IMG/VR virus record: IMGVR_UViG_3300028048_000061
Location: 1-64,000 of that record
Direction: 5' to 3' (one strand)
DNA length: 64,000 nucleotides
Origin: a virus
Both the position numbers and the translations under genes were made by a program. The notes under the pieces were generated by a model. It ran no database searches, was not told where the DNA came from, and saw nothing but the letters and a program-made list of their open reading frames with translations. This document shows positions 56,201 through 64,000 of this stretch, piece after piece (the stretch's first letter is position 1; each line of letters begins with the position of its first letter).

Positions 56201-57963
56201 CTTTATTAGGAAATGAAGAACATTATCAATCAATACAGACAGAAATCGATATTTGGGGAATTGTTTATCAGCAAGATAATCAAGACATATTCGTAAGAAA
56301 AGATGACTACTCTGCTATAAGCAGACTAAATGTTAATGAATTTTCAATAGTCGGTCAATTACGAGAAAAAGACTCTCAAAGAGGAATAAACAATCAAATA
56401 GTTAAATATAATTATCCATATATTGTTATTAGTGAAAACGAGGACAAGATTTCTCAATCAAATACTACAACAACAAACAAAACATTGTTGTATGGAGAGG
56501 AGAAACTAGATTTAGACGGATTCTTTAAAATCTCTTTTGCTTCTGAACAAAATTTCAATATTCAACAAATGTTAAATAATGGATATATAGCTTATAATGG
56601 CGATTTGACTTATGGAAAAACAAATTCAAATGCTAACACAACATTATCTGATGATACAAACAAGAAAGAGTCACGTTTATCATTTATTAATGATTATGGA
56701 TTATATCGAAGAGGAGAAACCGTAAACATTGTTGTTCAGTTGACAGGACAAGATGAAAAATTTATTAACACAATAGATATTCATCACCAAATCAAACAAT
56801 GCTGCCAAAGAATTCATATATTCTATACTACCTGTTCTGAGCATAATACCGAAGGATTTAAAACAATTTTCAAAACAACCTCCGATAATGTCATTCCTAA
56901 TCAGATAGAGCAATTAATCTATTGTGGCGTTGAAACGGACCTTCGAGTTTTAGCAAGACTTCAAAAAAGAATTATTGAAAAACACAATGTCAATGTCTTA
57001 ACAATCAATGCAATAAACGGCTACAAGCCAAACAAAAATGTTCTTATCAAAGCGCTGATTGGTCCAAATCCTGACAAAAAACGATTAGGAGATTATTTAG
57101 CGTTAAGCGCCGTTGATATTGATAAGGAAAAGTATTCATACGACCAAAGCTCCGACATCATTTATTGGCAAATCGGCGATATGAATAGCTATGAAACTCA
57201 AATATGCAACATATTATTAGAGGGAGAAGAAATAGGAGACAATACAATATATGTCTGCGGATTTGATTATCTTCAAGAAGATGTTGCAAAAACAGTTACT
57301 ACACAATTAACTTTGGAAAAAGCTAATGAGAAAGATAAGTATTATGTTGGAGACACGGTAGAATATCACGCATTCCTCAAGCAAATAGATGAAAATGACC
57401 AACCAGTCAAAGATGTATTCGGACAAATATACTTTGACATAGAAAATGAAGATATTCAAAATGCACATCACAAGACTCAAGCACAAGCAGAAATATTAAC
57501 ATTTGAGGGGCAACATTACGCAATTGGACACGCGAGACTCATATCGGAATCTCCTACGAGCATAACAGCAAAATATGATGGAGGAAAAATGATATCAACC
57601 ACATATGAGCCAAGCATATCTAACACTCTCACCTATGATAATGTTTATAAATATGACACAGTTGTAGAACTACATTCTGAACAAGAGCAATTTGTCGTTA
57701 ATCAAAATATTCAAATTGCCGCATCTGTATTCTACAACAATGGACAAGATAAATACTTTAGTCAAGACCTCAATATCAAATTCATTGTTGAAAATCAAGA
57801 GATTAATAATGTCTTATATTCAGATAATGATTATATCATCAACTTTGCTGTAACAGTTCCGGGTGAATATATGATTAGAGTTTTCATTCCAGAAACAAAT
57901 AAAACGCAGGAATCTTCTAATATGATGAAAATAAACGTAAGCGGTGAAAATAATGAGCAATGA
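53299..57963 (+). CDS. Giant (1554 aa) multi-beta-sandwich protein, adhesin/appendage-like (Ig- and DUF11-like segments)
   Basis: ATTNKNGIAKFEY Ig-like motif; IIYWQIGDM...Q.CNILL DUF11-like segment; Cys-rich N-terminus. Confidence 0.55.
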   Translation: MSKTSIQATKITQPLAGKRIQNSKGKNIKSPSICRDGDANPSYHPWEIGTLNNFIKGKGIQCGRKSTYLCNLKTVRWIKGYRNTCPLAGCCGTFNRPAPLILSKFNFSQKNITKKIKISDVKISYKHHATGVDVGVGSGSEKKNWTGYFPYVDIILYKNSDKIQTIRHNKAVPLAKDSTVSVAFTKDITPFDPSKDDLRIEINYSANGAGKYYTKATNPAIIYAKDLKVDMTYEFLEEPKIQSISVTSSKSTLITDPRNPKNTAGDQNCRDTIVHTLTYENTTASDIIVTVPKGVIYSKKNQASENKIVYTYQDTSGVIGTKSITYTLDSNKKKQITRKYTAKAYTKPTVQIHTEYTKNQKYNNQNFVSISGTCWNNIAIYVDGDKKKLIEWENNNINQADFLREINKLSCGYHDLNVHIDDVFHKTFRIYIKAPQIIFESDLKGEYIQDKTQEITVSIKRVDNSLLEMFDAEQEEFIEKPIYVTIIDTANKEVPPQEIPFYPETSYEHTINMQEAGIFELKYSYNNGCGDVDKTFGEYVITPPHSQSYDNLLIRGEDTDVKYESIVIRRGDNQKKPVTYVDVEMRDSMSDFVLFGKDGRCALGELGYGILAIKNVSQHKIHNLCIELNPLIESDIDDGEEYNPLVMEWQTGMLQNFVKNFNILNPAFKDIVEIYNIQNKDLINEGTENVVLCIKEIKSSSEENNIIELKIPFSYSYEKEIYMNFLILGEPNDFVDLDDRTNGIYSNEEFYHKDNYGDINLFASHTLKQETRGCMCISLKTIDLLSTELSITGDDLDRNDIENPDDLDIKYTINISEEDCDENGADIFVDTEIVNDARLIPTGYQIGDGEKQNIDLGDGFIQETMSDGNGNFIGTINFNRGFTQVENGLPGQNVFLRYLDRNSQVQFIRATTNKNGIAKFEYTIPDYYQDNDDEDSGPTVDTKEKYYLTDILKTIDIFYKGDSFRKSALLGNEEHYQSIQTEIDIWGIVYQQDNQDIFVRKDDYSAISRLNVNEFSIVGQLREKDSQRGINNQIVKYNYPYIVISENEDKISQSNTTTTNKTLLYGEEKLDLDGFFKISFASEQNFNIQQMLNNGYIAYNGDLTYGKTNSNANTTLSDDTNKKESRLSFINDYGLYRRGETVNIVVQLTGQDEKFINTIDIHHQIKQCCQRIHIFYTTCSEHNTEGFKTIFKTTSDNVIPNQIEQLIYCGVETDLRVLARLQKRIIEKHNVNVLTINAINGYKPNKNVLIKALIGPNPDKKRLGDYLALSAVDIDKEKYSYDQSSDIIYWQIGDMNSYETQICNILLEGEEIGDNTIYVCGFDYLQEDVAKTVTTQLTLEKANEKDKYYVGDTVEYHAFLKQIDENDQPVKDVFGQIYFDIENEDIQNAHHKTQAQAEILTFEGQHYAIGHARLISESPTSITAKYDGGKMISTTYEPSISNTLTYDNVYKYDTVVELHSEQEQFVVNQNIQIAASVFYNNGQDKYFSQDLNIKFIVENQEINNVLYSDNDYIINFAVTVPGEYMIRVFIPETNKTQESSNMMKINVSGENNEQ

Positions 57964-60900
57964 AGAGACCCCTAAAACAAATATAATAGATTTAAAATCA
58001 ACGATTATAAATCAAAAGAAAAAGCTATTCTTGCACGTTGTACAATCAAAAGATTTAGTTTGGCCTAATTCAACATATGATTATCAAGTATATGTGAAGA
58101 ATATTTCAGGTCAAGAAATTAAAAATCTTAAAATATATATTACAAATCCTAAAGAAGTTGTCATCGAAGAGAAAGGAGATACAACAACATATGAGATTCC
58201 TACCCTTAAATCTGGACAATCAGTATTGCTAAACATTAATGATTGTTTAATAATGCAAGAAGGATACTATTACGTTAATTTCATCGCAATGGGAGACGAA
58301 ACGGAAATCGCAACAAAATCATTAATGATAAAATGTGGGTTCGAAAATGATAATAAAAACATCTTGCATCGAATAGCGTTTTACAACTTTTCACCGTACG
58401 AAAATGCATATATGCAAAGAGCATCCGACTTCAATGAAAATGTAACACAATTAACCAAGATTCAAACAAAACCATTTGAGGCATACAATCAACCTTTCGA
58501 AATGGATACCTTAGAATTGGATTTATATGCTCAGGACGCCTTTCTCACAAACACCGATGATATGCCATCGATGTACTTAGGAAGAGAAAATTGGGAGTCT
58601 AATTTAGAAGAAGGTTTTGTCGGCCAAAGCTTATTAAATCTTATACAAAAAATCAATAAAGAGTCTAATCTTGTAGAAATAGACTATTTACGAGCTGGAA
58701 ACAATGAAATGTTTACAGACCTTCAACAAATCTTTCCAAATGGTTTTATACATCGTTTTGGTCTATTAAAATCTGAATTTTATAAGCTTTTGGGCGTTAT
58801 TCCTAATGTCTATTCAATAAATGATGATTTGTTTCGCTGGGCGAGAAGAGATGATGAACCGATTGTCTATCCAAAACGAGAAAACGACAAATGGAACCAA
58901 AAGCCTTGGTGCGGTACAGGATACTATGTATATGAGTCAAAAATAGAAAATGAAAAAAGGATTTATACAATAGAAAAAGCTATCTTTACAAAAAAAGAAG
59001 ATGCAGAGTTTTATGTAAACAACCTTAATACCTTTAATTCATTGCATTTCATAGAAGACATCATATATGAAATCAAAAAACGAGATTGGTTACCGGGAAT
59101 TTTCTATGTAGAAATTCCATTGCGTGATATTCCTGCAAACTTTTATATTCCTGATATAGACCAAATTCAAGCAGTTATAGAATTAGTAAAACCCTATGGG
59201 CTTAAAGGATACCCTCGTTTTGTTGTAAACAATGAATTTATGCATACAATGACCTTTTCAGCCATTCCAAACATTGCACCATATATCAACATTGATTTGG
59301 GAGAAGATGATACGTTTATAGATTACCATATTAGGCAAAGAAGATATCAACAGCTTGAAAATGGTCCTATAGAATTACTTGAATATGGATTGCAAGCCGA
59401 TAAAATTAGCTTTCCATCATCACTTGCTAGCTTTTTCAGCTATGCCCCAAAGCCAAGCATTTTTGAAAATTTTATGCAAAAAATCAAGTATTTTATAGAC
59501 AATAATGAAGTATTTGTTCATATTTATTCTCTTGGATTAGCAGAAAAACTACAAGGATTGGGAATCCCAACTATTCGTAGTACAGCAGAAAATTTATTCG
59601 CTCTTATCAATGACGACAATATGAAGATTGATGGAATTTACTTAAATCCAGACTTAAATATTATAGATGAGGACGAAGAGGAAATAGAAACCTATCAAGA
59701 GCAAAAAATTTATTTACAAGATATACTTGACAATATTATATCCTTACCAGAGGAATTTCTTATTGTTGTTGGTTCTCAACAAAATCCAGATGACCAATAC
59801 AATATTTTAAATATGACTGAAGAATTCGATATATCTTGTAATTCTCAAAAGAGCTTTGACGGCCGAGTTCTCAACAATAATTCAATTAACGAATTAGTAA
59901 TGAAAAATCCAGAGGATATTAGTTTTTACGTAAAAGATTATTATATTGATAATAACTATAACTTTGAAGCAAAAAATATCGTCATTCCGTTAAAATATAA
60001 GACATTAGATTATTATGATGACGAAACAAGTGTTAACATCGATTTCGACGACATCAATGCAAAAAATAGACCAGAACCATCTGTCATCAAATTATCAAAA
60101 CAAGCGTTACCACAACACGTGAATGTTAATTTAGTCTTGTCAAATGTTACAAGAACTCAAGATTTCATTATTTCTTATAAATTATTATATGATGACGTAT
60201 ACCAAATCAGTTATAAAACACGTAAAAAATCAGAGATTATTGTTAAAGAGATTGTTACTAAATTTGATTATATCTTATGTGAAATAAATAGCATTTCCTT
60301 AAGCACAGATTTGATTAAAATATATTATAAGTCAGAAGACAAGATAAACTTTATGACTGCATTCACCACCAGTTTATTGAGAGACAATGGATATCCTGTT
60401 CGCGTTGCCCTTACAAATGACTTAACCTTATCTGAAAGATTTGAGTTCAATACAAAAGGAAATCTATTCTTTGGAAGAGCATCGCTTCCAACCATTAGAG
60501 ATGATGAGCTCCAATATCCGAGCTGGTATCTATCAAATAAACCATACTCAAGCATTATTAGTACAGATAATTATCAAATAAAAGAAGTGCCACGACAAAA
60601 TATCGCCTCTTGGACAAATCTATATAGGGTAAACAAAGACGAAACAAGCTTCGCATTATTTGAAAATAATGCTAATGAGAAAGTTCAAATTAATGATATC
60701 GAATTATTCTTGACAGAATTGAATATTCCAAGAAATAGTGTTATTGACAAAATTTTTATGACAGTATACGCAGATTCCAGAGAGAAAATGCTTATATATC
60801 CGTCATATCAGACAAATACAAACATTGTCAATCAAGACAATTTAATTTCAAGTATTTTTGATATCAAGTCCTACGAGATTTATATCAAAAACAATCAAAA

Positions 60901-62350
60901 ATATCTATATCAACAATTAGCATATTATATCGAAAAGGATAACGAGAAACAAATCGAGTACTACAAAGCATTAATTGATGCAAATAATCGACAAAATAGC
61001 GAAATTAATACTGACATATCTGAAGACAATCCGATGCATATCACCAATAATTTTTGGAATGAAGTTAGCTTTAAGAAAACAGAAAATTTACGAACATCAG
61101 AAACAAAATCAGTATATCTTATTTTAGAAGGATATAATGACTCCAATGATGTTGAGATTGAATCTCAATTAGTTTATTATGATGGAGTGGGAGACTCTAC
61201 AAAAACAACAATAAATGCTGGATACTTCTATCAAAAAATTCCAATTAATTTTGATGCAAAATACGATATTAGCGATTTAAGTCTTCGATTTAAGTTTAAT
61301 AATGTTCGTAGTCTTAATCTTTATAATGTTAAAGCCGAAATTATCTTTACTGAGGCTCAAAATATCGAAAGAGAAAGTACCGATGTCGAACCATTAACCA
61401 TTGACGGCTTAAATAAATATTCTTGTGTATTATGCGAAAATATTGACGGAGATAACGTAATTAATGGTTTAACCGTAAAATTAAGCTTTGATGAAATACA
61501 AAACTATCTTAAGCTTTATAGTGTTGTTATCAATATTGTATATCACGAAAAAGCATTTACAAATATTATAGAAACATCAAAAGACTTTAATGCGATATCT
61601 GCAACAGAAGTAAATGGCTTGTTCAGAGGAAATGTTTTTGATGAAAAAGTCTCTGATATGAGACAAGATAATTATACGACAACAAAACCAAATGGAGAAT
61701 ATGACGCTGGCTTTGAATTAGATAATCGCATTTACCAAGCATTTACCGCAGAAGAAGATAATATTACAAGTATCGAATTAAGACCAAATGGAAAAACGGG
61801 TTCTCCAGATAGATATTTGAAGATTGCAATATTAGATAATTATGAAAATCTTCCTAATAATGTTTTAAAAGAAGCGATTATTGATATGTCTAAAATAAAG
61901 CTTTCTGATGACGAGGCTTATAAATACAACATTTATGTAAACAATCTTATCGTTGGAAACACATACTGGTTTAGTATTGAGCCGTTGAATAAAGCAAAAC
62001 AAGGAGCTAGAAGATTCCTTTATAATAATTATCAAATTGGCGATTTTAAATTATTAAGCGTTCATAATGGTGATTTGATTAATCAGCACGCAAGTTTATA
62101 TTTCAGACTATACTCAAAACAAAATAACTATGCATTCAATAACGTTCCGTATCGGTTCACTATTGAAAATGATTATACAAAAGATATCAATTTAATAACT
62201 GAAATTCAAATATATGATGGATATATTCAAGACCTCACACAATCACTTTTCGAAGGGTGTCCTTTCGTTAACGAGGAATCAACAGATGATGACGAAGAAG
62301 CGCAACCAAGTGATGTATCTGACGAAGAAGATATTCCAGATGAACCTTGA
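57953..62350 (+). CDS. Giant (about 1465 aa) structural protein, N-terminal DUF11/CARDB-like domain
   Basis: YDYQVYVKNISGQEIKNL..IPTLKSGQS; C-terminal RIYQAFTA..ITSIEL beta-sandwich. Confidence 0.55.
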   Translation: MSNEETPKTNIIDLKSTIINQKKKLFLHVVQSKDLVWPNSTYDYQVYVKNISGQEIKNLKIYITNPKEVVIEEKGDTTTYEIPTLKSGQSVLLNINDCLIMQEGYYYVNFIAMGDETEIATKSLMIKCGFENDNKNILHRIAFYNFSPYENAYMQRASDFNENVTQLTKIQTKPFEAYNQPFEMDTLELDLYAQDAFLTNTDDMPSMYLGRENWESNLEEGFVGQSLLNLIQKINKESNLVEIDYLRAGNNEMFTDLQQIFPNGFIHRFGLLKSEFYKLLGVIPNVYSINDDLFRWARRDDEPIVYPKRENDKWNQKPWCGTGYYVYESKIENEKRIYTIEKAIFTKKEDAEFYVNNLNTFNSLHFIEDIIYEIKKRDWLPGIFYVEIPLRDIPANFYIPDIDQIQAVIELVKPYGLKGYPRFVVNNEFMHTMTFSAIPNIAPYINIDLGEDDTFIDYHIRQRRYQQLENGPIELLEYGLQADKISFPSSLASFFSYAPKPSIFENFMQKIKYFIDNNEVFVHIYSLGLAEKLQGLGIPTIRSTAENLFALINDDNMKIDGIYLNPDLNIIDEDEEEIETYQEQKIYLQDILDNIISLPEEFLIVVGSQQNPDDQYNILNMTEEFDISCNSQKSFDGRVLNNNSINELVMKNPEDISFYVKDYYIDNNYNFEAKNIVIPLKYKTLDYYDDETSVNIDFDDINAKNRPEPSVIKLSKQALPQHVNVNLVLSNVTRTQDFIISYKLLYDDVYQISYKTRKKSEIIVKEIVTKFDYILCEINSISLSTDLIKIYYKSEDKINFMTAFTTSLLRDNGYPVRVALTNDLTLSERFEFNTKGNLFFGRASLPTIRDDELQYPSWYLSNKPYSSIISTDNYQIKEVPRQNIASWTNLYRVNKDETSFALFENNANEKVQINDIELFLTELNIPRNSVIDKIFMTVYADSREKMLIYPSYQTNTNIVNQDNLISSIFDIKSYEIYIKNNQKYLYQQLAYYIEKDNEKQIEYYKALIDANNRQNSEINTDISEDNPMHITNNFWNEVSFKKTENLRTSETKSVYLILEGYNDSNDVEIESQLVYYDGVGDSTKTTINAGYFYQKIPINFDAKYDISDLSLRFKFNNVRSLNLYNVKAEIIFTEAQNIERESTDVEPLTIDGLNKYSCVLCENIDGDNVINGLTVKLSFDEIQNYLKLYSVVINIVYHEKAFTNIIETSKDFNAISATEVNGLFRGNVFDEKVSDMRQDNYTTTKPNGEYDAGFELDNRIYQAFTAEEDNITSIELRPNGKTGSPDRYLKIAILDNYENLPNNVLKEAIIDMSKIKLSDDEAYKYNIYVNNLIVGNTYWFSIEPLNKAKQGARRFLYNNYQIGDFKLLSVHNGDLINQHASLYFRLYSKQNNYAFNNVPYRFTIENDYTKDINLITEIQIYDGYIQDLTQSLFEGCPFVNEESTDDDEEAQPSDVSDEEDIPDEP

Positions 62351-62408
62351 GTCAATGTTTATATAAATACTATATACAATATTAATATATAATGCAGGAG
62401 TATGTTTT

Positions 62409-62510
62409 ATGTTTTTATCACAAGTTGATATGCAAGCAACAGAAATCAAAATAACAAATAAAGAAACAGATGAAGTTAAAATTATAAAGCAAGAAGAGGA
62501 TGAGGAATAA
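62409..62510 (+). CDS. 33-aa acidic micro-ORF
   Basis: Hand-translated MFLSQVDMQATEIKITNKETDEVKIIKQEEDEE; RBS ggag; TATA-like tttatata near 62359. Confidence 0.4.
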   Translation: MFLSQVDMQATEIKITNKETDEVKIIKQEEDEE

Positions 62511-62511
62511 A

Positions 62512-62952
62512 ATGACTAAAAAACAACAAATAATTTTTTTAAAAGGTAAAACAGAGGGGTTGAAAACCCTCTTTAATTCAGATAATTTCGGATATCTCGC
62601 TGTCGGATACAAGGAAGAAGATAACGGTTTTGAAAACCCAACTTCCTCACAATCTCAGTCTGAAAATGGGTTTGTTGAAATTAGCAAAAATGACGATGGA
62701 ACATATATGAGGGTTCCTTTACAATTTGTAAAAGAATCCGAAGATTATGATACAGGAAGAACTGTCTGTACTTTTACAGCAACATTGACAACATCAAATA
62801 TCATAAATAATCAACCAATTAATCAATTTGCTATTTGCAATAGTATCAATCCCGATGATTTGAATACAACATTTTATTGCGCATCCACATTCCCAACTTT
62901 CACCAAAAACGAAAATCTTGAAATTAGCTTTACAATTGACTTAGGAATTTAG
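62512..62952 (+). CDS. Tail/baseplate-associated protein (fibre-attachment-like)
   Basis: GYLAVG..E..R......F.A.L....INQFAI..F..FTK pattern seen in phage fibre-proximal proteins. Confidence 0.55.
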   Translation: MTKKQQIIFLKGKTEGLKTLFNSDNFGYLAVGYKEEDNGFENPTSSQSQSENGFVEISKNDDGTYMRVPLQFVKESEDYDTGRTVCTFTATLTTSNIINNQPINQFAICNSINPDDLNTTFYCASTFPTFTKNENLEISFTIDLGI

Positions 62953-62960
62953 GTGATGAA

Positions 62961-64000
62961 ATGCCTTATTACGAACGACACGAAGGAACTTTGTTTCCCG
63001 GAAAAATAGCAAGGTCCGAAGATATTCACCAAATTCAAACAAATATTGATGAGGCTATCCGGTCATTGATTGAAGACCAATACGACCATACAGCATTCAT
63101 CTTGGGCAGTAGAGAAAATGATTTCCTTATTAGCCCAGCTCCAAAAAGACTAGGTCGATATATGGACAATATGAATGCCGTTAATGAATCTAATGAAATA
63201 TGGTTAGATATTGATAATTTCGGATATAAGCAAGCGATAAAAACATCAAAAACATCATTGTATTCTGTTATCGTCAAATTAAGAAACTTATACTCACAAC
63301 CTCAAGATGTAAGCTTTGAATTATGGTCAGAAGACAACAAGATAGCTAAACAAACAGTTACTGTTCCAGCAAAAACGCAAAATTCAGAATTTGAAATCAT
63401 TTTCGGTTTAGACCATTTCTCAACACAACACGGCCGAACCGCAGAGGAATTGGAAAAACCAGATGCAGATTTTATTATGAAGCCGGGCATTGAAAGCCAT
63501 CTTGAAAAAGAATATGCAAGGCCAAATAATCCAAACAATCAATCTATAGGTTCAACAGTATTATATCTTGTCGTAAAGGCAATTCATAAAGCAACAGAAG
63601 TTGTTACAACAGCAGAAGAAGTTGAACTTATTGATGAAAACACCTTTATGATTTGCGCAGACTCTCAAGGAAATTACGGTCAATTATTAGAAAGAACAGC
63701 AGATGATGGTCGTAATTACGAATCAACTGATTACGACTTATTCTTTAAAAGCATATATTCCAATGCTCCAACGTATCTCTGTAACGGAGGAGTAGCTGTT
63801 GTACATGGAGAACCAGTCATTTGTAACGATACTCACGTAACTGTCGATGGAGCAAGTGCTGGAGGAAATACAAAATCATATATTTGTATGGATGCTTGGG
63901 GTCAGCTAAAGAGTTATACATCACATGCTTATTGGGGAGACGAATCAAACGCAATCTTTGATGAATTCCCAAATGGTGACTTAGTTATAGCAATTATATA
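62961..64000 (+). CDS. Partial gene running off the window (MPYYERHEGTLFPGKIARSEDIHQIQ...), probable virion protein
   Basis: RBS aggtga; hand-read frame with no stop to the window end, so absent from the ORF track. Confidence 0.75.
   Translation, partial: MPYYERHEGTLFPGKIARSEDIHQIQTNIDEAIRSLIEDQYDHTAFILGSRENDFLISPAPKRLGRYMDNMNAVNESNEIWLDIDNFGYKQAIKTSKTSLYSVIVKLRNLYSQPQDVSFELWSEDNKIAKQTVTVPAKTQNSEFEIIFGLDHFSTQHGRTAEELEKPDADFIMKPGIESHLEKEYARPNNPNNQSIGSTVLYLVVKAIHKATEVVTTAEEVELIDENTFMICADSQGNYGQLLERTADDGRNYESTDYDLFFKSIYSNAPTYLCNGGVAVVHGEPVICNDTHVTVDGASAGGNTKSYICMDAWGQLKSYTSHAYWGDESNAIFDEFPNGDLVIAII

Noticed and set aside
7536-63538. Many short overlapping antisense or alternate-frame ORFs in the track (e.g. 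11902-12396, 32125-32340, 37959-38375, 52575-53069)
   Set aside because: They lie within well-supported genes, lack an RBS and show shadow-frame composition.

Overview
A 64-kb segment of a large head-tail (Caudoviricetes, myovirus-type) archaeal virus. The host is most likely a Methanobacteriales methanogen (Methanobrevibacter-like), based on: an HMf-family histone, a tRNA intron with a strict bulge-helix-bulge motif, an A1-U72 initiator tRNA, GAGGTG/GGAG ribosome-binding sites, TATA/BRE promoters and a pseudomurein-binding C39-type endolysin. Layout: (i) 1-2357, an extremely AT-rich island with two palindromic repeat arrays flanking a 365-aa ORF that has no Pro or Trp; (ii) 2400-6900, a leftward unit with an apparently catalytically dead ATP-dependent ligase homolog, GIY-YIG endonucleases and an RNA operon of six tRNAs, two truncated tRNA-like RNAs and a histone gene; (iii) 7160-64000, a rightward morphogenesis region: terminase, portal, protease/scaffold, capsid, neck, sheath, tube, tape measure, a triplicated and split baseplate hub with cysteine-protease-like domains, modular tail fibres, BspA-type LRR adhesins, a lysis cassette, baseplate wedge and giant Ig/DUF11-like proteins, with the last gene running off the window. 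The most notable observations are the tRNA / tRNA-mimic / histone operon, the dead ligase beside the repeat-flanked AT island, and the paralogous hub set. All protein calls come from motif recognition by eye; no database searches were run.
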